This document shows, one piece after another, positions 20,038 through 29,828 of a DNA stretch of 64,000 bases. Position 1 is the first letter of the stretch. Each line of letters opens with the position of its first letter. Both the position numbers and the translations under genes were made by a program. The notes under the pieces are model-generated. The model was not told the DNA's origin. It worked only from the letters and a program-made list of their open reading frames with translations, and made no database searches. Source of the DNA: a virus; IMG/VR virus record IMGVR_UViG_3300045988_188298, positions 1 through 64,000 of that record; one strand, given 5' to 3'.

Positions 20038-21238
20038 TAACCGAATTTCATTTAAGACTAAACAAAAGAGAAACACATTTTCAGACACGTTAGCCTATGA
20101 TGGTCTATCAACATACCTCATTAAAGACTTTCCTTACCCAAACTTAAAAGAATTCTCATGTCTAAAAGAACATCAGGAAGAACTTGTAAAACTATCAAGG
20201 CAAAACATTGAATTCTTGTATAGAGATGGCTCAGGAGCAAGGCTTAATACGACCTTGACTATGGAAGACTTGCATCAGGCAGGTCTAAAAAGAAAAACAA
20301 GTAAAAGGGATATTTTCAAGAGAAAATACAGTCAATTCTCGAAATTTTCCCCACTCATTTCAGATAGAAATATAGAGCAAATTCCAACTACAGACCTCTA
20401 TTATTTGTTTAAAATTTGGTTGATTTTAGATAAAGAAGAATGGCCTCGATTTTATGGTTGGTATAGAACGCATGGTCAGGGGAAAGCTTCTATTTATGAC
20501 AAAGTGTTCAATGAAGTATTTAATCATCCAAGGAGAATAACAGAATATGACTGGTTGAGCAGCTATTACAAAGATAAGTATTCTGATGATGAGCGCCTTA
20601 CTTATAAAACAACAAAATTTGCAATGAAACTAAAAAATCTCAAGTTGTTTTATAAGAAAATACCAGCAAACTATAAAACCCTTGACCTTATGTTGGAAGA
20701 TGCTAATAAAGTTCGAGATGTGATTGAGTTTAGAGCTGCAATTAGAAAATTGAAGCAAATCATCAAGAAGAAGGAAAACAAAAAATTCAATTATTCCAAG
20801 GTGGCCATGCCAAATGAAACTAAAGATGTACTAGAAGAATTTTCTCAGTACAAACCTATCACAATCCATCAATGCCCAAAAGAAATATTGGATTTGATTA
20901 AATGTGATTACACTGGAAACTTTGATAACCTCAACTATGAAATCAACAGGCAATATGCAAACGAGGAACGTAGAGCTAAACAAAAGACAAAGGATGTGCC
21001 TATTTTCCTCAGCTACAATAAAGACAATAAAACTCTATTTTGTCTTTGCACATTGCAAGTCAGATACAGTGAAAATGATATGGACACTAGAACTCATTTC
21101 AATATCTCAGCCCAATACTTTACATCAGATAAAGCTTCTAAAGAATCTATTTTAGAGCACAAATCAAAATTTGAGAAGATAAAATCATTTATCCAAAACT
21201 ACATTGTAGACAAGTACGGCTATGATGTATACCAATAA
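20018..21238 (+). CDS. Hypothetical protein (about 405 aa), start overlaps the previous stop
   Basis: Long ORF, unknown function. Confidence 0.45.
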   Translation: MMKVVTSNRISFKTKQKRNTFSDTLAYDGLSTYLIKDFPYPNLKEFSCLKEHQEELVKLSRQNIEFLYRDGSGARLNTTLTMEDLHQAGLKRKTSKRDIFKRKYSQFSKFSPLISDRNIEQIPTTDLYYLFKIWLILDKEEWPRFYGWYRTHGQGKASIYDKVFNEVFNHPRRITEYDWLSSYYKDKYSDDERLTYKTTKFAMKLKNLKLFYKKIPANYKTLDLMLEDANKVRDVIEFRAAIRKLKQIIKKKENKKFNYSKVAMPNETKDVLEEFSQYKPITIHQCPKEILDLIKCDYTGNFDNLNYEINRQYANEERRAKQKTKDVPIFLSYNKDNKTLFCLCTLQVRYSENDMDTRTHFNISAQYFTSDKASKESILEHKSKFEKIKSFIQNYIVDKYGYDVYQ

Positions 21239-21349
21239 GAACTAAATATATATAAAGACCTTGAAATAACAAGGTCTTTCACTTATAATAGTCAATGTAA
21301 AAAATAAATTTTACAATAAATTATTTAATTTTTAAAAAAGGAGAAAAGT

Positions 21350-22801
21350 ATGGCAACTTTTTTAGCAACGGTTGAGGGATTGAAATTCCTCAAAAACTCA
21401 ATGGACAGTCTTATGGCAGAAACAACCAAAGCTGGTAAGGACACAGTTCTACGTTTCCACAGCACTGATGAGCGTTTCAAGAAGCTTCTAAAATTCTTGC
21501 TAAATAATGATATTACTACAGGGATTTCAGCAAAAAAACTAGAACGCAGGAAGTCATTCAGTGATGATATTCATGAAGAAAATTCTGAACAAAAAATCAC
21601 TAATCTTTTAAGTTTATTAGATTATCTTAAAGTGAATAACACTGGCCGAGATGCGGATATTCGTGTTGTTCATCAATACATCCAAAATCAACCAGAAGAA
21701 CTTCATGACTTCATTGAAAAAGTGGTGACAAAATCTTTGAAACTAGGTGTCACAGCTAAAACGGTCAATGCCGTTTATGGAGAAGGATTTATTCCTGTTT
21801 TTGAAGTTCAACTGGCCAAATCAATTGATAAGCTGGATGCAGAAAAACTAAAAGGTCTTCTAGGATTTATTACATTAAAACTAGATGGCCATAGAACCCT
21901 TGCTCAGATTTCTTTTGATGGATTTGATGGAATTGGTGTACCTGTCACAATTGGTGAACAGGTCAGAATTGGTGGGAGTGTCAACGTAAACTTCTTTACT
22001 CGGCAAGGAAAACCAGTTGCAGGGATGACAGATGTTGCAACAAGCATCTTTAATTCTTTTGATTGGAACAAACTAGCCAAAGTATACCCAGAAGGACTTT
22101 TCTTAGATGGAGAAATCCTGATTACAGAATCAGACAAACCAAAAGAAGAATGGTTTAACGAAACTTCTAAAATCATCCGTAAAGATGGTGAAAAATCTAA
22201 CCTGACTTATCATGTATTTGATATTGTTGGTGTAGATGAATTCTTCCAAGATAAGAAATCTATCCTTACTTATAAAGACCGCCGCAATATGCTAAATGAC
22301 CTTTTCTTGGACAATCCTGATGCAGCAGGCATTGAACTTGTTCCTGTTCTTATGGAATCTAATGATGTCTATAATGACTTAGAGATTATCTACAAACTCT
22401 TTGATGAGCAGGTTGCTCTAGGAGAAGAGGGGTTAATGCTGAATCTTGATACACCATATGAATGTAAACGTCATAATGGCCTCTTAAAGATTAAGCCAAC
22501 TAAATCGGCTGACCTTGAAATTATTGGATTTGAACCCGGTGCTCCATACACTAAGTATGAAAATACTCTAGGAGCATTGATTATGGATTTTGAGGGTGTT
22601 CCTGTTAAGTTTGGTTCTGGCCTTACAGATGAACTTCGAGATGAAATCTGGAATAATCAAGATAAGTACCTTGGGGCTATTGGAGAAATTCAGTATACTT
22701 CTTACAGCAAGAATCAAAACAATGATGAAATCAGTTTGCGTTTCCCTCGTTTTAAAGGGATTCGAACTGACAAATCTGTTGAAGATGTGAATATTGAATA
22801 A
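21350..22801 (+). CDS. ATP-dependent DNA ligase
   Basis: Adenylation motif I KLDGHR. Overall size and C-terminal OB-like region. Promoter module at 21283-21330. Confidence 0.75.
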   Translation: MATFLATVEGLKFLKNSMDSLMAETTKAGKDTVLRFHSTDERFKKLLKFLLNNDITTGISAKKLERRKSFSDDIHEENSEQKITNLLSLLDYLKVNNTGRDADIRVVHQYIQNQPEELHDFIEKVVTKSLKLGVTAKTVNAVYGEGFIPVFEVQLAKSIDKLDAEKLKGLLGFITLKLDGHRTLAQISFDGFDGIGVPVTIGEQVRIGGSVNVNFFTRQGKPVAGMTDVATSIFNSFDWNKLAKVYPEGLFLDGEILITESDKPKEEWFNETSKIIRKDGEKSNLTYHVFDIVGVDEFFQDKKSILTYKDRRNMLNDLFLDNPDAAGIELVPVLMESNDVYNDLEIIYKLFDEQVALGEEGLMLNLDTPYECKRHNGLLKIKPTKSADLEIIGFEPGAPYTKYENTLGALIMDFEGVPVKFGSGLTDELRDEIWNNQDKYLGAIGEIQYTSYSKNQNNDEISLRFPRFKGIRTDKSVEDVNIE

Positions 22802-22926
22802 TAAACAAAATGAAAGATTGGAGTTTTCCAGTCTTTTTTGTTTTATATTTTAAACAATGTTTTATACTATATCTTGTAACTGTTTTTTCAGTTGCAAAAA
22901 TAAATACTAATCTAATTTAATGTAAT

Positions 22927-23262
22927 GTGAAGAAAGGAGACTTTTATATGAATATAAATTCAAAGTCTTTGAAAACAAAAGTAGCTGTTGCTGCAAGTGT
23001 GGCCGGATTGGCCCTTAATTTGGCCTCTGCCATGCCTGTTTTAGCAAGTGAGACCAAATCATCCACTTATGATATAAACACAACTATGGGCTACGCAGGG
23101 CCTCCAGAAGCGGCGTTTAGAAAGTGGCAAGAAAAACCAGTTAAACCGGTTGTTATCAAAGGTGTGAATGATAACATTGCTTATTACGGCTATGTTGATG
23201 GTGCTGGTTATTGGCAATGCTATACAGATGGTTATGGAAACTATATATATTCTAAGGGTTAA
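22927..23262 (+). CDS. Small secreted protein (signal peptide, Gly/Tyr-rich mature part)
   Basis: N-terminal hydrophobic signal with an ASAMPVLASE cleavage-like site. Confidence 0.45.
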   Translation: MKKGDFYMNINSKSLKTKVAVAASVAGLALNLASAMPVLASETKSSTYDINTTMGYAGPPEAAFRKWQEKPVKPVVIKGVNDNIAYYGYVDGAGYWQCYTDGYGNYIYSKG

Positions 23263-23366
23263 TTCGTTATATATCCAACACAATTTGTATTTGTCTGTTG
23301 CGATTTCTTTTATCATTTGTTATACTGAACTTAACTAAAAGAAAGGAAAAAATAAGGAGAAAGACC

Positions 23367-24671
23367 ATGAGACAAGTCGAACGTCACTGGATTAAAGAAG
23401 GGCATGCCTTATATCCTATCTGTGACGATTTAACCTTTAAAGCTAAGAATCTTTACAATGCAGGGCTGTATCAAATTCGTCAATCCATTTTTGAGCGAAA
23501 CAAATGTGATAATAAAGAAGAAAAACCTTCTGTACTGTCTTGGATTGAATTAGTTTCTCAATTCCGAAAAGAGAAACAAAGTGATATGTTGGCGTTGCCC
23601 TCCAAGGTTTCTACCAACATTTTAAAGAACCTTGGTTCTTCTATTAGCTCTTACTATCAACTCTTAAAGTGTTTTCATGATAAGTCTAACACAAGTGTAT
23701 CTAGCAAACCTCAGTTGCCTCGCTATCTTCACAAGACAAAAGGGCGTTATATAGCAGAGTTCACACATCAGACCTTTTCTAAAAAGAGGGGGTTGAATGG
23801 AGAACTTATTTTATGTCCTAAAGATTTTAGTTTGGTTATCCCAACTAAGGTTAAGAATCCTAAATGTGTTCGTATTGTTCCTAAATTAAAAGCTTTTGTC
23901 ATTGAGGTTGTTTATGAAGTAGAACCAGCTCTTTTAAAACATACTGGAAATTATGCAGCGATTGATTTAGGAATTGATAACCTAGCTAGTGTTACCTTTT
24001 CAAACAACGTGAACCCACTAGTGGTAAAGGGTTCTAAATTAAAGAGCATTAATCAAGGTTACAATCGTTTAATTGCTAAAGCAAAATCTAAACTTCCAAT
24101 GAGTCAAAAGACCAGTCAGCACATCCACCGTCTTTGGAAAAATCGTGAATTGAGGTTTCAATCAGAACTTCATAAAATCACTTCTTTTCTTTCACTTTAT
24201 TTTGACGAGATGGCGATTGAAACAGTCTTTGTAGGAAAAAATTTAGGTTGGAAGCAAGGGGTTTCTTTAAGAAAGAAAAATAAACAAACTTTCACACAAA
24301 TTCCTTTTAATGCTTTCATTTCTCAGTTGACTTATAAATGTTTAATAAGAGGAATAAAAGTATTAGAACAGGAAGAGTCTTACACCTCTAAAGCTAGTTT
24401 CTTAGACGAGGACGAGATTCCTATCTATGAAAAGAACAATCAAAATCAAAATTTTATCTTTTCAGGAAAACGAATTAGCAGAGGGTTATATAAATCTAAA
24501 GATGGTAGCCTCTTGAACGCAGACGTTAATGGGTCTTACAATATCTTAGTGAAAGGACTTTTAACCTTAAACAAATCTCTTAATAGGAAAAACCTTTCTT
24601 TTCATACAAGGAGTTTAAAGAATGATTTAACGTCAGTGTCCAATGTTGACTTGCTTTTACAATACATGTAA
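23367..24671 (+). CDS. tnpB: TnpB, IS607-type. Orphan, no tnpA
   Basis: Shares PRYLHKTKGR and the RuvC-III NADVNGSYNIL motif with the IS607 tnpB at 54775. Start placed at the ATG after RBS AAGGAGAAAGACC. Confidence 0.8.
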   Translation: MRQVERHWIKEGHALYPICDDLTFKAKNLYNAGLYQIRQSIFERNKCDNKEEKPSVLSWIELVSQFRKEKQSDMLALPSKVSTNILKNLGSSISSYYQLLKCFHDKSNTSVSSKPQLPRYLHKTKGRYIAEFTHQTFSKKRGLNGELILCPKDFSLVIPTKVKNPKCVRIVPKLKAFVIEVVYEVEPALLKHTGNYAAIDLGIDNLASVTFSNNVNPLVVKGSKLKSINQGYNRLIAKAKSKLPMSQKTSQHIHRLWKNRELRFQSELHKITSFLSLYFDEMAIETVFVGKNLGWKQGVSLRKKNKQTFTQIPFNAFISQLTYKCLIRGIKVLEQEESYTSKASFLDEDEIPIYEKNNQNQNFIFSGKRISRGLYKSKDGSLLNADVNGSYNILVKGLLTLNKSLNRKNLSFHTRSLKNDLTSVSNVDLLLQYM

Positions 24672-24800
24672 ACCTATATCTTAGATTAAGATTATTTAAG
24701 AGAGGGTCTAGGGGTCTTGTAGGAGACCTTTAATGAAGACAAGAGTTGTTCACTGACTCTTGTGGAGCATTAAGAATCAGATGGTGCAAAACATTTATTT
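24672..24800 (+). ncRNA. Candidate omega-RNA / right-end element of the orphan TnpB
   Basis: ORF-free. Shares agatta..agagggt..gtc motifs with the sequence downstream of the IS607 tnpB at 56017. Confidence 0.35.
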
Positions 24801-24924
24801 TGAAATAAAATATTTGTAATAACCGTTTGAACCTATCTGTATAACGGTTATTATTACTATTATTAACACAAAAGAAAAAGGCTAGAGTAAAATTATTAAA
24901 CTCTAGTCTTTTTTTATATTATTT

Positions 24925-26406
24925 TTATTTGTCAGCAGAAGTAATATCTTCAGCTTCAATCACAGGCTGTTCATCTTGCTTCAACTTATTGACAGTCATA
25001 TTGACACCTAAAGCACCAGTCAGTAATTGCCGAATATCAAATCCTGCACCTTGCGACACTTGGTCAATCGTCTGCATGATGTCACCAACCATCTTAGAAG
25101 CATTTCCCTCACCATACATAGTGATTTTATCCACCTTAGTAAGAGGCTCTGCTACGGCGCGTGCGATTTCAGGAAGTTTATCAACAACCATTTCAGTAAT
25201 CGCAGCTTCCTGCATTTTCTTCATAGCTTCCGCTTTCTTATCTAGACCTTGCGCTTCTGCTTCAAGTTTCAAACGAATAGCTTCGGCCTCAGCACGTCCT
25301 TTAGCTTCAATAGCTTCTGCTTCTTGCAATTGTGCAAACTTCTCAGCTTCGGCTTGGGCCTTGCGAGCTTCTGCTTCTTTTTGAGTTTCAAAGAGTTCAG
25401 CTTCCGCCTGACGTTGACGCTCAATTAATTGAGCTTCTGCTGCTTGTTGACGAGCGTATTTTTCTGCTTCTGCCTGTTTGCGTACATTAGCATCCAGCTC
25501 TTGCTCACGAACTTTTACTTCACGTTCCTTAACTTCAGCTTCTTTCTCTTGTTTCATGATGTTAGCTTCAGCGGCCACGCGCTCTTGCTCACGACGTTGA
25601 ATTTCGGCCTCAATGCCTTTAGCAGCGTCTGCCTTAGCCTGAGCAATATCAGCTTCTTGTTTCAAAGCGGCCTGCTTCAACTTCAATTCATTTTGCTTTT
25701 GAGCGATTTCAAGGTCAGCAGCTATCCGTTTGTCATTAGCCAGCTTATCTTGTTCAGCTTCTACTTCTTTACGCTCACGTTCAGCCTTAGCTTTAGCAAT
25801 CAAGGCATCTTTCTTAATTGTTTCAACGTTTTCAATACCAAGATTATCAATTACGCCGCCCTCATCAGAGAATGATTGAACAGTAAAGGCAATGACTTCC
25901 AGCCCCATTTTTTCCAAGTCAGGAGCTACATTATCCTGAACTTTAGAAGCGAATTCTTGACGGTCATTAACCATCTTACGCAATTCCATTTGTCCAATCA
26001 CTTCCCGAAGATTACCTTCCAGAACATCTTGGATGGATTCAGAAATATCAGTAGTTTTCCAATTCAGGAAGTTTTCAGAAGCTTTAGCAATCATTTCATC
26101 GCTAGTACCGATTTTGAGCTTCACAGCAGCATCAGCACGCACGTTAATAAAGTCTTTAGTTGGAACAGATTCAGATGTACGAACATCAGTTGAGAATTGT
26201 TCAATATCCAAATAAGAGCGACGCTCAATAAATGGAATCATGAAACCAGCTTTACCACGAAGATGTCGGAGTTTACGCAATCCTGTAATAACAATAACTT
26301 CATTTGGTTTCGCGTTGACATATCCTTTAACAAGTAAGACCAAAACGCCAATAATGATAAGAACAACTGGGATTACCCAAGTTGGAAATTGTGATAATGT
26401 GTCCAT
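24925..26406 (-). CDS. SPFH/Band-7 flotillin-like protein with a long Ala/Glu/Lys coiled coil
   Basis: N-terminal TM helix, SPFH domain, AEAExK heptad-like repeats. Terminator at 24890-24920. Confidence 0.85.
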   Translation of the reverse strand: MDTLSQFPTWVIPVVLIIIGVLVLLVKGYVNAKPNEVIVITGLRKLRHLRGKAGFMIPFIERRSYLDIEQFSTDVRTSESVPTKDFINVRADAAVKLKIGTSDEMIAKASENFLNWKTTDISESIQDVLEGNLREVIGQMELRKMVNDRQEFASKVQDNVAPDLEKMGLEVIAFTVQSFSDEGGVIDNLGIENVETIKKDALIAKAKAERERKEVEAEQDKLANDKRIAADLEIAQKQNELKLKQAALKQEADIAQAKADAAKGIEAEIQRREQERVAAEANIMKQEKEAEVKEREVKVREQELDANVRKQAEAEKYARQQAAEAQLIERQRQAEAELFETQKEAEARKAQAEAEKFAQLQEAEAIEAKGRAEAEAIRLKLEAEAQGLDKKAEAMKKMQEAAITEMVVDKLPEIARAVAEPLTKVDKITMYGEGNASKMVGDIMQTIDQVSQGAGFDIRQLLTGALGVNMTVNKLKQDEQPVIEAEDITSADK

Positions 26407-26590
26407 AATTTTCCTTTCTTTTTCCCAAAATTTATTTTATTTATATGAACCATCCCTATAAAAAGGATAAGAAGATTATATCATAGAAAAACTATAAAAC
26501 AAAAAATAATTAGAAGAAGAAAAAAGAGCAGAACCCACTGTTTAAGTTCTACCTCTCATTCTTGATTGTTTAATTTCATTCATGTTGAAG

Positions 26591-27046
26591 TTAAATTAAG
26601 CTAGAATAATATTCTAACATCACTTTCTTTGAGATGATTGTATTGCTAGATTCTTTCAGAGATAAACCTCCCCTTGTTTCTAACCAAGGCTTTTCATTTC
26701 TAATCAACTCACTCAGCCAATGAGGCTCTTTATCACCATAATCTTTTATGATAACGTCCAGTGTTTCTTTTTCATCTTTAGAAAAACAATATCCACTAAT
26801 ATAAGGTTTAAGTTTGTCTGCATTGACATTGAGGTCTTTGGGTAATTCAAAGATGTTGTAAAACTCTGAACAAACAGGGCCACTAGCCCAAGCTTCAAAT
26901 TCTTCTTCAAACAAAGCGAATTTATCCCAAGCTAAAGACCATGCCTGAGCGTAATAACAAAGTCTTTGTAGGTTCATAAATGTTGTCCATCCAATCTCAT
27001 TTAGAATGTAATAAGCTGCATCAAAAATTGTTCCTTTATCTTTCAT
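26591..27046 (-). CDS. Panacea-domain (DUF4065, SocA/PanA-like) protein
   Basis: Motifs LQRLCYYAQAWSLA and EAWASGPV, the canonical Panacea signature. Confidence 0.75.
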   Translation of the reverse strand: MKDKGTIFDAAYYILNEIGWTTFMNLQRLCYYAQAWSLAWDKFALFEEEFEAWASGPVCSEFYNIFELPKDLNVNADKLKPYISGYCFSKDEKETLDVIIKDYGDKEPHWLSELIRNEKPWLETRGGLSLKESSNTIISKKVMLEYYSSLI

Positions 27047-27588
27047 ATCTCTCGATTCCTTTTTAAAAATTAGTATTGGTTTGATTAATTAAATTATACC
27101 ATAATTTCATTTTAGATAAAAAGAAATCCCACCAGAAATTTTGGTGGGAATTGTGGTTAGTGAAATGTTTCCGCAAGCCACTAACTTTCTCATGAGTTGG
27201 TGAAAAGTAGGAACATCTTTCACCTATTCATTTTACAATATTATTTTTTTTACAACCCCTACACTCGCTAGGAGGAACAAGTGTAGGTAGAAAGGATTTT
27301 TTGTCCTGATATTCTCATATCAAGCACATTATTAGTATATCACCATCACTATATTTTGTCAATAGTTTATAAATATTTTTTCAATAAATTATAAAGATTT
27401 TTTAAAATAAAATAGTCAACATAGAAATACTGTTTTAGATACCACATGAACAATATTTTTCTCGCAAATATACAAAAAAGAAAGATAAACAAAATAATTC
27501 GCCTATCTTTCTTCATTAATTTATCATTCATAGATAAGAATTAGCAGCTCCTTATCTATAACTATAATATCACATTCAATAATTTATT

Positions 27589-28020
27589 TCAATTAATAGG
27601 AAAATTCTGGGCAAAGCTGTCATCCTTAACATACAAAGGTGAATAGATTTCTTTGTGTAATTGACTATCCGACAAAAGATAACCATTATCCAAGTAATCA
27701 CCAATTGAATCCACCCAATCACGAATATATTGATAAGTGAGTGGCATGTGTTTCTTAGTAATACCTAAATCAAGGAATTTGCTCTTCTTTTCTGTTGAAT
27801 GGACATGGATTCCGTCCGGCAGAGCTTCGGGAGCAATAACACCTTTAATATTAATAGGCCTATCAGCAATCATGACATGAGCTTCCATCAAGAATTCATC
27901 TTCTTTAATGTTGTAATCTAATACAATTTTATGAAGCAGCAAACGCTCTTCTTCAAACTTATGAACACTGATATTCCGTCTTTTCTTTGAATGACGCTTT
28001 TTGTTGTTTTTCTTAACCAT
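27589..28020 (-). CDS. Hypothetical protein with a basic N-terminus
   Basis: ORF with RBS. Confidence 0.4.
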   Translation of the reverse strand: MVKKNNKKRHSKKRRNISVHKFEEERLLLHKIVLDYNIKEDEFLMEAHVMIADRPINIKGVIAPEALPDGIHVHSTEKKSKFLDLGITKKHMPLTYQYIRDWVDSIGDYLDNGYLLSDSQLHKEIYSPLYVKDDSFAQNFPIN

Positions 28021-28073
28021 AGAATTTTCCTTTAATTAATCCTTTCTTTTATTCCAGTAAAACAATTTGTTTT

Positions 28074-28349
28074 TTACTTAGCTAGTGCATAAACTTCATC
28101 ACGCAATTCAATCAATTCAGGAGATGCCTGATGGTCTTCTAGGAATTGAATGATGTCTAACAACAGTTCTTGTTCATGAGGAACAAGTTTTTCTTGCAGT
28201 TTTTGCCATTGTTTATCAAGTTTTTCTTGGAATACTTGAATGGCATTGAGGTCTTCTTCAGCAAATCCGCTTGAAGATTTTTCAATTTCAGCCTTTGCAG
28301 CCTTTACTTCTTGAACGATTTTTTCTTTTAATTCTTCTTTTTTCATCAT
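28074..28349 (-). CDS. Hypothetical small coiled-coil protein
   Basis: ORF within a compact four-gene minus-strand cluster. Confidence 0.4.
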   Translation of the reverse strand: MMKKEELKEKIVQEVKAAKAEIEKSSSGFAEEDLNAIQVFQEKLDKQWQKLQEKLVPHEQELLLDIIQFLEDHQASPELIELRDEVYALAK

Positions 28350-28385
28350 ATTTTTTATAATATCTCTTTTCTAATATAATTTATT

Positions 28386-28712
28386 TTATAGTTTTTCCAG
28401 TAAACTAAGGTCACGAACGACTTGATAAACACCCTCTGATAAAACAGATTTATCAAAAGTATTATCCATTCGTTGACATAGGCTTTCTGGTATAATTAGC
28501 AATTCAAATCTTGGCAACAAAAGTTTTGCCTCAACTTCTGGCGGAAAATTCATTTGCTGAAAGCGCTCTAACATTCTTTGTTTGGTGCAAATGTCATTGA
28601 AGTGAGCTATATGCTTATTTAGAACTTTTTCAGCAGATTCCACAGAACCAGAATAGTGCATCACGGCAGCGCGTGCTTCCTCATACATAGCTACAACTAC
28701 AGCTTTCATCAT
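28386..28712 (-). CDS. Hypothetical small protein
   Basis: ORF, coupled to the 28717 gene. Confidence 0.4.
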   Translation of the reverse strand: MMKAVVVAMYEEARAAVMHYSGSVESAEKVLNKHIAHFNDICTKQRMLERFQQMNFPPEVEAKLLLPRFELLIIPESLCQRMDNTFDKSVLSEGVYQVVRDLSLLEKL

Positions 28713-28716
28713 AATC

Positions 28717-28965
28717 TTAATTTTCCTCTCTAATGATTTGATAACGAATGATTTCCTTTATGGCTGGGCAGTAATTCAACTCCAACTCATAAATCAATCT
28801 TCCATTTTCTTTTAACTCTTTGAACTTCTGCCCAAAGATTGTTTCTTTTTTAAATAGTTTTGCGTGCAATTCAGCCACAGCATCCGTTTCACTAGAATGT
28901 TGGCTTTTGATTGTTCGTTGAACAACCTCTCCATTCCGTAGTACAGTTTTTTTGATAGAGAACAT
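28717..28965 (-). CDS. Hypothetical small protein
   Basis: ORF. Confidence 0.4.
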   Translation of the reverse strand: MFSIKKTVLRNGEVVQRTIKSQHSSETDAVAELHAKLFKKETIFGQKFKELKENGRLIYELELNYCPAIKEIIRYQIIREEN

Positions 28966-29180
28966 AATAATAAATACCTTTCTAATTATTTTTTATTTGT
29001 GTGAAGTATTTATTTCAATAACGATTATATCACAAAAAAACAAAAAGAAAAATATTCATAGAAACAAAGAAAGCACTCCTAAAACCTTGTTGTCACAGTG
29101 GTAACGAGAAGTGCTTCTTGGTCTGTAATGGTAAAGTAAATATATGTTAATTATTAATTAATTTTTGCCATATTAATGAA

Positions 29181-29816
29181 TCAAATTGTAGCAAAATCTC
29201 CAGAAACAACAACACCGTCATAATTAGGATTTGTAGTAGCATCTTTAATCTCAAAAAATGTTTCACCATCTATTAATGATAACAATTCTCCATCTTTTCC
29301 ATTGTTATCATGATATAACTCGCATTCAAAATTGTTATCATCATCCTTTTTATGGCTGCATTTAGAATGTGTTGTTCTCAAACGTCCTTCATATAAAACA
29401 ATAGAGGTACAAATCAAAAAGTTTTCATACTCATTTAATTCCTCATCAGCCATAATAGACTTGAAGCAGGCTATCATTCCTTTAGCGCTTGTCTTTTCAG
29501 GATATTTCTCTTCGAATTCTTCAATTTGTTTGATGAGCCAATCCACAGAGGAACGGCGAATAATAGTTTTATCAAAAGTGGAATTTAGCACGGCTCTTTC
29601 AAATTCAGGAACATCTTGATTAGAGGCCAATGCCCAGACTTTAGAAATATTTTCACTATAAGGATTTAAAAGAAAACTTTTTGAATTTTCTTTTTCTTTC
29701 ATATATTCTCCCCATAAAGAAAGCCAAATATTCATGTGCCAATACCAAGAGTTTTTCACTTCTCTTAGTTTTGTCCATTTTCCGTTTTTTGAACCAAAAA
29801 TATAGGTATATGACAT
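29181..29816 (-). CDS. Hypothetical protein (211 aa)
   Basis: ORF with RBS GGAGAAATAA. Confidence 0.45.
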   Translation of the reverse strand: MSYTYIFGSKNGKWTKLREVKNSWYWHMNIWLSLWGEYMKEKENSKSFLLNPYSENISKVWALASNQDVPEFERAVLNSTFDKTIIRRSSVDWLIKQIEEFEEKYPEKTSAKGMIACFKSIMADEELNEYENFLICTSIVLYEGRLRTTHSKCSHKKDDDNNFECELYHDNNGKDGELLSLIDGETFFEIKDATTNPNYDGVVVSGDFATI

Positions 29817-29828
29817 TTATTTCTCCTG

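Noticed and set aside
22927-23262. Lactococcin-972-like Sec-dependent bacteriocin
   Set aside because: Size and signal peptide fit, but there is no sequence resemblance to the family. It is left as a secreted hypothetical.
25429-26461. Plus-strand ORFs overlapping the flotillin gene
   Set aside because: They are antisense to a well-supported SPFH/coiled-coil ORF. They are hydrophobic low-complexity artefacts of the reverse frame of Ala/Glu/Lys codons.
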